In this document: piece after piece, positions 41,346 through 51,722 of the stretch
Layout of the letters: each line of letters begins with the position of its first letter
Position numbering within the stretch: the stretch's first letter is position 1
NCBI GenBank assembly: GCA_963665665.1
Contig: OY762428.1
Coordinates: forward strand, 512,001 to 576,000
Source: Candidatus Kapaibacterium sp.
GTDB taxonomy: Bacteria; Bacteroidota; Ignavibacteria; Kapaibacteriales; UBA2268
DNA: 64,000 nucleotides
Direction of reading: 5' to 3'
Notes under the pieces: generated by a model
The model's input: only the letters and a program-made list of their open reading frames with translations
Told to the model about the DNA's origin: nothing
Databases searched by the model: none
Translations under genes and position numbers: made by a program

Positions 41346-41849
41346 ATGAAGAAGATCATAATTGAAATAATAATAATTATTGCCATTTCAGGAATTGTGG
41401 CCATTGCCTATAACGCGACTACAGAAAGGCCCCTGGAATTAATTAAAAAAAGCCTGGACGAAAGATATATCAAGGAAGACCTGCTTTTTGACGAATCCTT
41501 CGAAGCTACTCCTGAAAGTTTAGAGAACACGCTTAGCTATCGCCACATGCTGAAAATAGTCAGGCATCCCGACGTGCTTATTATCGATGCAAGAACTCCT
41601 GAAAATTTTGAAAAGAACAAAATTGGCGATGCTATTAATATTTATCCCTACATGGATGAATCTGAATATTTCGAACAAATAATGATGCTTCCGCGAGATA
41701 AAATTATTATACTTTATTGCGACGGCGGAACCTGCGACCTGAGCCATAACGTAGCATCGGATATGCTCAATTTCGGTTTTAAAAGAGTTTTTCTCTATTA
41801 CGGCGGCTGGGAGGAATGGGCCAAAGAAAAAGGTATTGCCGGCTTATAA
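41346..41849 (+). CDS. Membrane-anchored rhodanese-like protein
   Basis: IIDAR, LYCDGGTCDLS, YYGGWEEW. Confidence 0.8.
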   Translation: MKKIIIEIIIIIAISGIVAIAYNATTERPLELIKKSLDERYIKEDLLFDESFEATPESLENTLSYRHMLKIVRHPDVLIIDARTPENFEKNKIGDAINIYPYMDESEYFEQIMMLPRDKIIILYCDGGTCDLSHNVASDMLNFGFKRVFLYYGGWEEWAKEKGIAGL

Positions 41850-41883
41850 TTTATTATTATGTTAATTCATCAAATTAGTTAAA

Positions 41884-43089
41884 ATGTCATTTGTTCAAAG
41901 AGACGATTACTCGAACCTGCTGAAATTAAAATACGGTATTATCGGTGATTCGGCTGAAATGACCGAGGCCGTGAATATGCTTCTACAGGCTGCCCCGACA
42001 GACCTGACAATACTTGTTACAGGCGAGACCGGTACCGGCAAGGAATTATTTGCCCAGGCAATACACGGCGAAAGCAAGAGGAATAAAATGCCTTTCGTAA
42101 GCGTTAATTGCGGAGCTATACCGGAAACTCTACTGGAATCTGAACTTTTCGGGCATGAAAAAGGTGCATTTACAGGTGCTACCGACCAGAGAAAAGGCTT
42201 TTTTGAAGTTGCAGACAAGGGGACAATTTTCCTTGATGAAATTGGAGAAATGCCCGTTGGAACACAGGTAAAACTACTCAGGGTATTGGAATCCGGCGAG
42301 TTCTCCAGGCTGGGTTCTTCAAAGGTTCACAGGGTTGATGTAAGAGTTATAGCCGCCACAAACAGACTGCTCGAAGAAGAAGTCAGGGACGGGAACTTCC
42401 GTCAGGATCTGTTTTTCAGGCTGAAATCGGTACATATTATACTTCCACCCCTCCGTAAACATTCTGATGATATAAAGCAGCTTTCAACTTTCTTTGCTGA
42501 GAAAACAGCCAAGAAGATATCAAGAGATTTCGAAGGTATATCTCTGGAAGCACTAAACATTTTAAAATCACTTCACTGGCCCGGGAATGTTCGTGAGCTA
42601 AAAAACATGATGGAAACAATTGTAACTCTTGAAAAAGGGGCATTCATTACTCCTGCGATTCTTTCAAAATATCTTCCCCGCGCCCTGCCGGCACATTCAA
42701 TGGAAAATATTCCTAAAGAATCTTCGATAGTTCCAATTGAACAGGAAGACGCTTTCGGTAAGATGGAACTGGGCCTTATTTTTAAAACACTTCTGGAACT
42801 TAAAAGCGATATTGGCGATATTAAAAACGGCATGAAGGCTTTGAATTGGAAAATTGAGGAATTGCAGGACAAAGAGGAATCTGTTCCGTATAATGTGATA
42901 AAAGAAACCGAGAGTATAGAGGAATACTTAGAAAATACCGATGATTTCCGGCTGGATGATATGGAAGCAAGGCTTATAAGGGCCGCCCTGCACAGGTATG
43001 ACGGAAACCGAAGGCTTGCTGCTCAGTCACTTGGCATAAGCGAAAGAACATTATATCGGAAAATTTCTGATTATGATATTGAAGTGTAG
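41884..43089 (+). CDS. Sigma-54-dependent Fis family regulator (no receiver domain)
   Basis: GETGTGKE, ESELFGHEKGAFTGA, FLDEIGE, WPGNVREL, C-terminal HTH. Confidence 0.9.
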   Translation: MSFVQRDDYSNLLKLKYGIIGDSAEMTEAVNMLLQAAPTDLTILVTGETGTGKELFAQAIHGESKRNKMPFVSVNCGAIPETLLESELFGHEKGAFTGATDQRKGFFEVADKGTIFLDEIGEMPVGTQVKLLRVLESGEFSRLGSSKVHRVDVRVIAATNRLLEEEVRDGNFRQDLFFRLKSVHIILPPLRKHSDDIKQLSTFFAEKTAKKISRDFEGISLEALNILKSLHWPGNVRELKNMMETIVTLEKGAFITPAILSKYLPRALPAHSMENIPKESSIVPIEQEDAFGKMELGLIFKTLLELKSDIGDIKNGMKALNWKIEELQDKEESVPYNVIKETESIEEYLENTDDFRLDDMEARLIRAALHRYDGNRRLAAQSLGISERTLYRKISDYDIEV

Positions 43090-43238
43090 TTGAAGGAATG
43101 GACTCGTAAGGTTTTTTATTCAATAATACCCAATGAATTTCCAAAGTTAATTCGCCGCCAATTCTGTCGGGGATTTTTCTTATTTTTGTATTCTGTTTTA
43201 ATAACATTCGTATTTTATTGAAAATAAATAAGCTATAA

Positions 43239-44507
43239 ATGAACAATAATAATAGTAAAATTGAGATAATGTCGCCGGCGGGTTCTTATGAATCTCTCCA
43301 TGCTGCAATACAGGGTGGAGCAGGATCGGTATATTTCGGAGCCGGAAAACTTAATATGCGGTCTCGTTCTTCTAAGAATTTTACCATTGCAGACCTAAAA
43401 AACATTGCATCTATATGCGATGAAAACGTCGTTAGATCATACCTGGCACTGAATACTGTGATTTATGACCATGAAATGGGAGATATGGCAGAAATGATTG
43501 ACGCTGCAAAGGAAAGCGGAATCTCGGCAATAATCGCCACCGACCAGGCAGTAATTAATTATTGCAGGGAAGTAGGGATGGAAGTGCATATTTCCACACA
43601 GCTTAATGTAAGTAATACCGAAGCCGTGAAATTCTACTCTCAATTTGCTGATGTGATGGTTCTTGCCCGAGAACTGAATCTGGACCAATGGCGGGTAATT
43701 GCCGAAAACATCAAAAGTATGAATATTACAGGCCCTTCAGGAAAACCTGTTCAGCTTGAAGTTTTTGTTCATGGTGCTCTTTGCATGTCTATTTCCGGGA
43801 AATGCTACCTGAGCCTGCATGAGAAAAATTATTCGGCGAACCGCGGTGCATGCCTGCAAACATGCCGCCGTTCATACACTGTTCAGGATACTACTTCAGA
43901 CACCGAGCTGGAAATTGATAATGAGTACATTATGTCACCGAAGGATCTCTGCACGATAAGCTTTCTTGACAGGATACTCGATGCAGGAATCACCGTGCTG
44001 AAAATTGAAGGCCGCGGACGCTCTCCCGAATATGTAAAAACCGTAACAGAATGCTACCACGAAGCAGTTGAAGCTTATTTTGATAATTCCTTCAGTGAGG
44101 AAAAAGTTAAAGAATGGGAAGAAAGGCTTGGCACTGTATTCAACCGGGGATTCTGGGACGGCTACTACCTTGGCAGGAGGACGGGCGAATGGACAGACAG
44201 CTACGGCAACCTGGCAACACAGACAAAAGAATATATTGCAAAAACTCTTCATTTCTATAAGAAGATAAGTGTCGGCGTTTTCAGGATACAGACAGGCGAG
44301 CTGAATATTGGCGATAAAATACTGATAACAGGCCCTACAAGCGGCGTGGTGGAAACAGAAATCAAAGAGCTGAGAATTGACGAGCAGGTTGTTGAAAAAG
44401 CCGTGAAAGGCGATGTCGTATCAATTCACCTGCCATCAACGGTGCGCCAATCGGATAAACTATTCAAAATCATCAGCAGGAATATCAATGACCGAAAAAA
44501 TAAATAA
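43239..44507 (+). CDS. Peptidase U32 family (TrhP-like)
   Basis: MSPAGS, HISTQ, HGALCMSISGKC, NRGACLQTCRR, LKIEGR. Confidence 0.88.
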   Translation: MNNNNSKIEIMSPAGSYESLHAAIQGGAGSVYFGAGKLNMRSRSSKNFTIADLKNIASICDENVVRSYLALNTVIYDHEMGDMAEMIDAAKESGISAIIATDQAVINYCREVGMEVHISTQLNVSNTEAVKFYSQFADVMVLARELNLDQWRVIAENIKSMNITGPSGKPVQLEVFVHGALCMSISGKCYLSLHEKNYSANRGACLQTCRRSYTVQDTTSDTELEIDNEYIMSPKDLCTISFLDRILDAGITVLKIEGRGRSPEYVKTVTECYHEAVEAYFDNSFSEEKVKEWEERLGTVFNRGFWDGYYLGRRTGEWTDSYGNLATQTKEYIAKTLHFYKKISVGVFRIQTGELNIGDKILITGPTSGVVETEIKELRIDEQVVEKAVKGDVVSIHLPSTVRQSDKLFKIISRNINDRKNK

Positions 44508-44742
44508 ACTGAGAGCTGAAATTGATTCCCTCGACAACCGGATAGTTGAGCTTATCGTCCGCAGGCTTGATATTTCCCGCGGGATAATAAAGGAAAAGCA
44601 ATCTCTTGGAATAGACGCACGAGATAAAAAAAGAGAAGCGGATATAATTTCAAAATTATCCGGTGAATCCGGCCTGGATATTGATTTAGTCTGGAAAATA
44701 TTCCAGAGTATATTTGATTATGCCGTTCGTGGTGGTAAGTAG
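44488..44742 (+). CDS. Chorismate mutase type II
   Basis: LRAEIDSLDNRIVELIVRR...K...RDKKRE. Confidence 0.75.
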   Translation: MTEKINKLRAEIDSLDNRIVELIVRRLDISRGIIKEKQSLGIDARDKKREADIISKLSGESGLDIDLVWKIFQSIFDYAVRGGK

Positions 44743-44801
44743 AGGCTGAAGTTATATTAGTACTCCTTCCCAATCCCTGCTCCTTCTGGTTAGCTAAGAT
44801 T

Positions 44802-44964
44802 CCTCCCCCGGCCTGGCGGCCACCCCCTCGTTGAGAGGGACAGTTTCGATCCTCCTTCCCAAGTTGCACTTGGTAAGGAACATTTCCTGCAAAGTTATAC
44901 TTTGGAATTCCGAAGCTAAGCTTCACAAGAAATTGAAATTACCAAGTACAACTTGGTAATAAGG
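44802..44964. repeat. REP-like hairpin cluster between convergent genes
   Basis: CCCTCGTTGAGAGGG hairpin plus a cassette homologous to 33661-33774. Confidence 0.7.
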
Positions 44965-44987
44965 AAGAAAAGAGAATAATAATATTC

Positions 44988-45464
44988 TCAAATAAGCTTG
45001 TGAATCACGTTGGTTACCACTCCCCATACCTCGAAATTCATCTCTTTTGTGATTCTGATTGGCTGGTATATTTCATTTTCAGGGTAAAGCCAGATTTTCT
45101 CTCCGTCGAGAACAAGGCGTTTTACTGTCAGCTCACCGTCGATAACGCCGATAACGATATTACCGTCCTTAGGTTGAAGTGACCTGTCTACAACAAGTAT
45201 ATCATTACCATGAATTCCTGCATTAAGCATTGAATCACCGGTTACCCTGACAAAAAATGTGGCAGTAGGGTTTTGCACCAAATAATCATTCAGGTCGAGC
45301 CTTTTTTCAAGATAGTCATCCGCAGGAGAAGGGAAACCGGCAGAAACCGACTCCAGGAATAGCGGAAAATCCTTCTTAGGAGCTTGAGGATCGGGACTAA
45401 AAATATCAAGCACTTCCACCCTGTCCTCATTTTTCAGATCGAATATATGGTTTTTCTTTCTCAT
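44988..45464 (-). CDS. umuD: UmuD / peptidase S24 family
   Basis: VSAGFPSPADDY, RVTGDSM, GELTVKRL, WGVVT. Confidence 0.88.
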   Translation of the reverse strand: MRKKNHIFDLKNEDRVEVLDIFSPDPQAPKKDFPLFLESVSAGFPSPADDYLEKRLDLNDYLVQNPTATFFVRVTGDSMLNAGIHGNDILVVDRSLQPKDGNIVIGVIDGELTVKRLVLDGEKIWLYPENEIYQPIRITKEMNFEVWGVVTNVIHKLI

Positions 45465-45483
45465 ATTCTATAGCTTATAATTT

Positions 45484-45517
45484 ATCCTTCCGAAGGATTC
45501 AATCCTTCGGAAGGTTT
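45484..45517. repeat. Tandem CCTTC(C/G)GAAGG hairpin doublet
   Basis: ATCCTTCCGAAGGAT-TC-AATCCTTCGGAAGGTTT; same motif at 60444-60462. Confidence 0.65.
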
Positions 45518-45532
45518 AAAAAATCATACCAT

Positions 45533-46438
45533 CTACTTACCGATAAACAGCGGAGGACTGTTCTTACTGTTTCCCATAAGAATTATTTTGGCGTTAGGAG
45601 ATTTGGCAAGTTCCCTTTGAACTTTGATATATTCGAACTGGAGCACCTTGTCGGTAAGCGCCTGAGCCACTATTCTCTGAGCATCGGCATTACCCTTTGC
45701 TTCAACACGTTTACGTTCGGCTTCCTGCTCTTCCTTCTGAAGTACATATTTCATTCTCTGTGCTTCCTGTACTGCAGTTATCTTTCTTTCGATACTCTGC
45801 TTCACAGAATTGGGAAGGTTGATCTTACGAATAAGAAGCTGTTCAAGAATCAGGCCCCTGGTTTCGAAATCTTTTTCAATAGCAGTTCTGATCTTTGATT
45901 CGAATTCTTCTCTTGCATCCGAGTAAAGTGATGTTGCGTCATAATAAACAGCAGTTTCCCTCATTTTTGTCCTGGTTATCGGCCGAATAACCTTTGCTTC
46001 ATAGTCCAGGCCGATGGTTTGATAAATAGAAGGAGCTTTAAGGTCGATGATCCTGTACAGGATTGTAAGATCGATGATCACTTCAAGCCCGTCACGGCTT
46101 AGCACGCGGATGGCATCATCGCCTACCTGTTGTCCTTCATTTGAAGTCGATGACATTGTATAATTCTGAGTTCTTACGCTCATTGTTTCAACATCAACCA
46201 GAGGGTTCACAACATTAAGACCCTCGTAAAGGATTCTGTCTTCAACTTTTCCGAACAGAACCTGTACACCTACCATACCGGGATCGATCTGCCTTACTGC
46301 AGAAGTACCAAACCCAACAATCATTACGATAATACCGCCAATCTTAAGCAAAGTCCTGAAACGATAAACCGGACTGTTTGAGGAAGCACCGAAAATACCG
46401 ACTAACAAAGCAATTAATCCAAGTATTATTAATCCCAT
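45533..46438 (-). CDS. SPFH/prohibitin (band 7) family protein
   Basis: VGVQVLFG, EGLNVVNP, LSRDGL, QEAERKRVEAKG. Confidence 0.88.
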   Translation of the reverse strand: MGLIILGLIALLVGIFGASSNSPVYRFRTLLKIGGIIVMIVGFGTSAVRQIDPGMVGVQVLFGKVEDRILYEGLNVVNPLVDVETMSVRTQNYTMSSTSNEGQQVGDDAIRVLSRDGLEVIIDLTILYRIIDLKAPSIYQTIGLDYEAKVIRPITRTKMRETAVYYDATSLYSDAREEFESKIRTAIEKDFETRGLILEQLLIRKINLPNSVKQSIERKITAVQEAQRMKYVLQKEEQEAERKRVEAKGNADAQRIVAQALTDKVLQFEYIKVQRELAKSPNAKIILMGNSKNSPPLFIGK

Positions 46439-46529
46439 TTTTTTCCCTGATAATAATCAATAAAAATTTCTATCTCACACGAATAGCCAAGTTAATTATT
46501 TAGTTTCAGAAATGAAAACGTATAAAAAT

Positions 46530-46560
46530 AAAAAAGGGAGCCTGAAAGCTCCCTTTTTTT
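46530..46560. terminator. Rho-independent (bidirectional) terminator
   Basis: AAAAAAGGGAGC-CTGAAA-GCTCCCTTTTTTT. Confidence 0.8.
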
Positions 46561-46574
46561 ACAATATGATCAGT

Positions 46575-48830
46575 TTAGTTATTCTTGCCCATGCTGGCAT
46601 ATCCCTTCATCGTAGTCTTATATAAGTCACGGGATGCTTCCATCACAGCCTGAATATCGGTAATATTGTCAAGGAAAAGCCTGCTTCTCTTAATATTAGC
46701 TGTAGAATGCCTTACTCTTTCAAGCTGATTTTTGTAAAATATTTTCGATCTCTTTGTGTAGAGGTCAAAATACTCTGTTATTTTTTCAGTTTTGTCAAAT
46801 TTCAGAGTTTCAATTGATTCAAAGATCGGCATCAAAGTTGTATTAACATCATTACCAACTTCAATCAATTCGTTAATCTGATCTTCCGTCAGAGGCGAAT
46901 GATTGTTGTCCAGATAATTATAATTCTGCTCTGCAAGATGGAACAGGTTTTCGGTAAGTCTCCCGATAGCAGCAAATGTTGCGGCATAATTCGGTGTTGC
47001 TATAAGGTCCCGGTCTGTTTCCAGACGAGCCATTTTAATAAGATCGTTGATAAGATAGCCATTAGCCCTGCGTAATTTTTTAGCTTTTTTTCTGGCTTTC
47101 TTAAGTGTTTTCAAATTCTGATTGAAAAGTCCGGCATGAGAAGAGCGGATGATTTCACCGGAGGTTTTAATCATTTTACCAATATTTGTAATCAGTTCAA
47201 CAGTTTCTTCTTCAGGCGTTTTTGTATCCTTGCTGCTTGCCTGTACTTCTTCTTCTTCTTCTTCCATTGCACGTTTTTTATGAGTTACTTTTGACCTGAT
47301 TACAACGGTTGCTGATATTACGGCCATTCCAAGTAAACCATATACTTCAAGGTAGTAGAGAATAAATGCAATTACAAAAGCTACAGCAGAAGCCATGAGC
47401 GCAGTCAGGAACCATCCGCCAATAACCGTAAGAACACCGGATACCCTGTAAACAGCTGTTTCCCTGCCCCATGCTTTATCCGGAAGGGCAGCTGCCATAG
47501 CCACGATAAATGTAACATAAGTTGTTGAAAGCGGGAGCTTAAGTGAAGTGGCGAAAGAGATTATTGCTGCTGAAACCATAAGAATAACAGAAGCACGAAC
47601 AAGGTCGAATGCCGGTACTTCCCCGTCTTTAGCTTTCACTGGTTTATAATTTTTAAGGTCGAACCTGGCAGAAATCTTTTTACTAATAGGTTCAGGTGTA
47701 ATTTTTTTAATAATATCAAAAAGAACGATAACCATTCTTACAATACCGCGAGCCATAGCATTGGATTCGAAACGTTCCACACCTTCGTTCTGGCTGCCAA
47801 GGCTTATCGTGGTTTTTGTAACCGACCTGGCTTTTTTGGAAATATATAATGTACCAACCATTATAGCTCCGGAAAGAAGCAATAGCCATGTATTTGCCTT
47901 GAAGGGTTCAGATAGAGCCTCCATCGTTGCCGTAAGGGGATCGCCACCGGAAGCATGAGCTATCTGATACGTATTTAAACCGGCAAGAGGTGCGCCAATA
48001 AAATTAACAAGATCATTCGCAGCAAATGCCATAGCCAGCGAGAAAGTACCAATTAGAACGATGACTTTCAGAATATTAATTTTTGTGAACCACATCAATA
48101 ACTGGAGTAATACAACCCAGCCGACGAAACTATAAATCGATACTAATCCAAGATTTGATTTAATCCAGGTTGATACATCAGCAGTCATGAATGATGCACC
48201 TTTAGCGCCTTTCAGAATAATAAAAAATGTAATACAAGTCAGGGCCAGGCCACCCCACAGGGAACCCCAGCGTTTGAATTTTTTCTCGAAATCAAATGTA
48301 AACAGCATTCTGGTCAGGTACTGAATCAAACTGCCAACAATAAATGCTACAACAATGGACAGGAATATCCCGGATACAATTTTAATAACATTGGCTGAAT
48401 TGATATAAGTAAATATCTGGCCAAAATCAGCTCCTGCATCCGTTATCTTAATTACAGACATAGCCAGAGCACTGCCAAAAAGTCCGAATACGATAGAAAC
48501 GGTTGTTGATGTAGGAAGGCCGAAAGTATTGTACAAATCTAAAAGTAATAAATCCTGGAACATAACTGCCGTGAATATTACCAGCAGTTCCGCCATCAGG
48601 AAATACTGAGGATTGAAAATTCCCTTCCTGGCTACCTCCATCAGGCCGCTGGAAAAAGTAACACCGGCCATAACACCCAGAGCTGCTACAACCATTATCA
48701 CCTTGAAGCTTGCTGCTTTCGATCCTATAGCCGAGCTAAGAAAATTAACAGCATCATTTGCCACACCAACGGTTAGATCCATTACTGCAAGCAGCAGTAG
48801 TATCACCACGAAAATCAGATATTGATCCAC
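46575..48830 (-). CDS. Inorganic phosphate transporter (PiT/PHO4) with PhoU-like C-terminus
   Basis: GVANDAVNF, GLPTSTT, AFAANDLVNF, LPLSTTYV. Confidence 0.88.
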   Translation of the reverse strand: MDQYLIFVVILLLLAVMDLTVGVANDAVNFLSSAIGSKAASFKVIMVVAALGVMAGVTFSSGLMEVARKGIFNPQYFLMAELLVIFTAVMFQDLLLLDLYNTFGLPTSTTVSIVFGLFGSALAMSVIKITDAGADFGQIFTYINSANVIKIVSGIFLSIVVAFIVGSLIQYLTRMLFTFDFEKKFKRWGSLWGGLALTCITFFIILKGAKGASFMTADVSTWIKSNLGLVSIYSFVGWVVLLQLLMWFTKINILKVIVLIGTFSLAMAFAANDLVNFIGAPLAGLNTYQIAHASGGDPLTATMEALSEPFKANTWLLLLSGAIMVGTLYISKKARSVTKTTISLGSQNEGVERFESNAMARGIVRMVIVLFDIIKKITPEPISKKISARFDLKNYKPVKAKDGEVPAFDLVRASVILMVSAAIISFATSLKLPLSTTYVTFIVAMAAALPDKAWGRETAVYRVSGVLTVIGGWFLTALMASAVAFVIAFILYYLEVYGLLGMAVISATVVIRSKVTHKKRAMEEEEEEVQASSKDTKTPEEETVELITNIGKMIKTSGEIIRSSHAGLFNQNLKTLKKARKKAKKLRRANGYLINDLIKMARLETDRDLIATPNYAATFAAIGRLTENLFHLAEQNYNYLDNNHSPLTEDQINELIEVGNDVNTTLMPIFESIETLKFDKTEKITEYFDLYTKRSKIFYKNQLERVRHSTANIKRSRLFLDNITDIQAVMEASRDLYKTTMKGYASMGKNN

Positions 48831-48956
48831 GCCCTAAACCTTGAATTTATTCATAAAATAAAGATATTTCAAAAAACATTTTCAAATATAAAAATAATTT
48901 CAATAGAGACTGTTAAGATTCCTTAACATTGAAATTTTCTGAAAAAAAAAATAATT

Positions 48957-50120
48957 CTATGAATTTTTATGCTTAACTTTCAAGTCATTTAGAATTTTTA
49001 CCGTAATATTGTCGCAAAATGCAAATCCCTGTGCCGTAAGTTTCACCATGCAGTTCGAAGATACTAATAAATCATCAAAATATCCACTATTAAAATATTT
49101 TAATAGCCTGCTAACGGATGAACCGGTCAATTTTGATAAATCATTCAGATTGATTCCTTCAGCTCTTAATCCAAGGTAAATAATCTCGAAAAAGATGTCT
49201 TCCTTCGACAGCTGTTCATATTTTTCTACCGGCAATTGTTCCGTATTGATCTCCCGGATATATTTATGAATATCAGGAAAATTTGAATACCTTTGGCCAT
49301 TAATAAATCCATGAGCAGCCGGGCCGAATCCGTAATACTCTTTGCGCCGCCAATAATTCAGGTTATGCCTGCATTCATATCCCGGCAGCGAATAATTTGA
49401 AATTTCATACTGATTCAGATTATTAGCAGACAGAAATTCGCCAGTGAAAAGATACATTTCAGAATCCGTATCATCGCTGACCGGGGTGATCTTTCCCTGC
49501 TGAAAAGATGAATACAGCGGTGTTCCCTTCTCGTAAATAAGACTATATGCAGAAATATGATCAGGAGCCAAAGCAACGGCTTTTTCAAGATTATTCTTCC
49601 ACGATACCATCTCCTGGCCGGGGAGTGAAGAAATCAGATCAATACTAATGTTTGCAAACCCCGCCTTTCTTGCTTTTTCGAATGACTTAACAGCAGTTCT
49701 GGAATCATGAATTCTTTGCAGAAATTTCAATTCTTTATCATCGAAGGACTGTACTCCCATACTAATACGATTTATTCCGCAAGCCAGCATTTTATTCAAC
49801 TTTTCAGCATCTAAAGTTCCGGGGTTAGCTTCTATCGTTATCTCGGCATCCGGAGCAATATCGAATTTATTCCATAATGCGAATAATATGGATTCAATTG
49901 CCTTATCCGATAATAACGAAGGTGTTCCCCCACCTATAAAAATTGTGCTGATAATTTCCTGCCGGGGCCTTTTGCCGGAATAGTACGCAATTTCTTTCAG
50001 TAACGAATTCAAATAGCTATCTGAATATGAAGTATCAGTTATAGAATAAAAATCGCAGTAAAAGCATTTGCTTCTGCAAAAAGGTACATGGATATATATT
50101 GACCGCTCTATTTTATCCAT
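48957..50120 (-). CDS. hemW: Radical SAM heme chaperone HemW
   Basis: YIHVPFCRSKCFYCDF, GGGTPS, YEISNY, HNLNYW. Confidence 0.9.
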   Translation of the reverse strand: MDKIERSIYIHVPFCRSKCFYCDFYSITDTSYSDSYLNSLLKEIAYYSGKRPRQEIISTIFIGGGTPSLLSDKAIESILFALWNKFDIAPDAEITIEANPGTLDAEKLNKMLACGINRISMGVQSFDDKELKFLQRIHDSRTAVKSFEKARKAGFANISIDLISSLPGQEMVSWKNNLEKAVALAPDHISAYSLIYEKGTPLYSSFQQGKITPVSDDTDSEMYLFTGEFLSANNLNQYEISNYSLPGYECRHNLNYWRRKEYYGFGPAAHGFINGQRYSNFPDIHKYIREINTEQLPVEKYEQLSKEDIFFEIIYLGLRAEGINLNDLSKLTGSSVSRLLKYFNSGYFDDLLVSSNCMVKLTAQGFAFCDNITVKILNDLKVKHKNS

Positions 50121-50788
50121 TGGAAAATCCTGCCCGTTTTATGTGACCAATACACGAATAGCGGCTTGCCTATTATCATATCAGCGCTTATCAAACCGAA
50201 GTACCTTGAATCCCTGCTGTTATTAATATTATCACCAACAACGAAGTAACAATCTTCTTCAATAAGCATTTCATTACTTGCCAATCCATTGATAAAAACA
50301 ATACCATTTTTTATGTTAATTTTTTTTTGCTTCATTGAGATAATATTTCTAAAAAATGGTAAAACAGCTTCGTTCAAATCAATTTTATCTCCTTTTCCAG
50401 GTATGACAAGCAATAATGTATCCTTGCAGGTGATATCAGTAATATTCAATGGTATTGATCTGCCATTAATATTAACAATGCCTGAAAAACATTTCAAAGT
50501 GTCACGGGGTTTCCCCAATACCCTTTTAACCAGTGTATTTTTGCCTTCAGGATTATTAAAAACAATAACATCATTGCTGTCAGAATTTATTAACCCCGGG
50601 ATATAGTTTTTAATTATCAGCAGATTGTCCCCCTTATGTAACGCAGGGAACATTGATAAAGACATTACCCGGTAGAATCCAAAAACAAAAAATTTCAGGA
50701 ATAGAACTGCAAACAGCAGGAATAATAAAAGCCGGAAGGGCTTTATCAATTTTGAATCTATCCGCATCCGGCTCTTAAAAAATTTCAT
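50108..50788 (-). CDS. lepB: Signal peptidase I (second copy)
   Basis: SMFPAL, LVKRVLG, GDNINNSRDSRYFG. Confidence 0.8.
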   Translation of the reverse strand: MKFFKSRMRIDSKLIKPFRLLLFLLFAVLFLKFFVFGFYRVMSLSMFPALHKGDNLLIIKNYIPGLINSDSNDVIVFNNPEGKNTLVKRVLGKPRDTLKCFSGIVNINGRSIPLNITDITCKDTLLLVIPGKGDKIDLNEAVLPFFRNIISMKQKKINIKNGIVFINGLASNEMLIEEDCYFVVGDNINNSRDSRYFGLISADMIIGKPLFVYWSHKTGRIFQWIK

Positions 50789-50794
50789 TTCATT

Positions 50795-51688
50795 TTAATC
50801 AATAAATGTAGCGATCCTGTTCCAGCGAATGGATTTGAATTTATCCACAAGATTACTGATCGGGCTGTTTGTATCCCATGACCAGTATACAACAATTGGC
50901 GAACCTACAATATCCTGAACCGGTATAAAGCCCCAGAATCGGCTGTCCAGGCTGTGATCTCGATTATCTCCCATTCCAAACACATAATCCCGCTCGACGG
51001 TATATTCATTCCTGACTTCTCCGTCAATCAGAATATTTACACCATCGGTTGTAACAGAGTGTCCTTCACGTGCAATAAATATCTTCCATTCAGGCAGAGT
51101 TTGCTTTGTCAGCTGTATTTTATCACCTTCTTTAGGAATTACTATAGGGCCGTAATTCTTTCTTGTCCAACCTTTGCCATACGGAAATGTATCAAATTTT
51201 TCTCTTGGAAGGTCCGGGTAATAATCGTCGTAGGTACCGTGTTCGGGCAATTTCGATTCTTTTCCGTTCACGTAAAGTTTATTGTTAATAATCTGAAGGG
51301 TATCTCCGGCCGTGGCAACACAGCGCTTTAGATAATACTGGAACTCATCAGCTTCTGCCTGATCTCTCATACCCGGAAAAACAAAAACTATCACATCACC
51401 TTTTTCCGGATCCATGATTGGTGGAAGTTTATAATAAGGCAGGGGAATATTGAAGAAAGGAATAACCTGGGGAGTTGAAGGCCCGTAAACAAATTTATTT
51501 ACAAAAAGAAAGTCGCCTGTCATCACAGTATTTTCCATCGACCCAGTAGGAACAACAAATGAAGCAATGGCAATACCATTAATTATCATAACAATAACAA
51601 TGGCACCGGCAATAGTTTTTATCCACGAGATCAGCCACTGGCCAAAACTCTGATTTTCCTTTTTTGATTTTGCTTTTTTCTTTGACAT
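50795..51688 (-). CDS. lepB: Signal peptidase I
   Basis: VPTGSMENT, YLKRC, GDNRDHSLDSRFWG. Confidence 0.9.
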   Translation of the reverse strand: MSKKKAKSKKENQSFGQWLISWIKTIAGAIVIVMIINGIAIASFVVPTGSMENTVMTGDFLFVNKFVYGPSTPQVIPFFNIPLPYYKLPPIMDPEKGDVIVFVFPGMRDQAEADEFQYYLKRCVATAGDTLQIINNKLYVNGKESKLPEHGTYDDYYPDLPREKFDTFPYGKGWTRKNYGPIVIPKEGDKIQLTKQTLPEWKIFIAREGHSVTTDGVNILIDGEVRNEYTVERDYVFGMGDNRDHSLDSRFWGFIPVQDIVGSPIVVYWSWDTNSPISNLVDKFKSIRWNRIATFID

Positions 51689-51722
51689 AATAATTTCTAC
51701 CTGAATATTTATCTTTTTTGAA

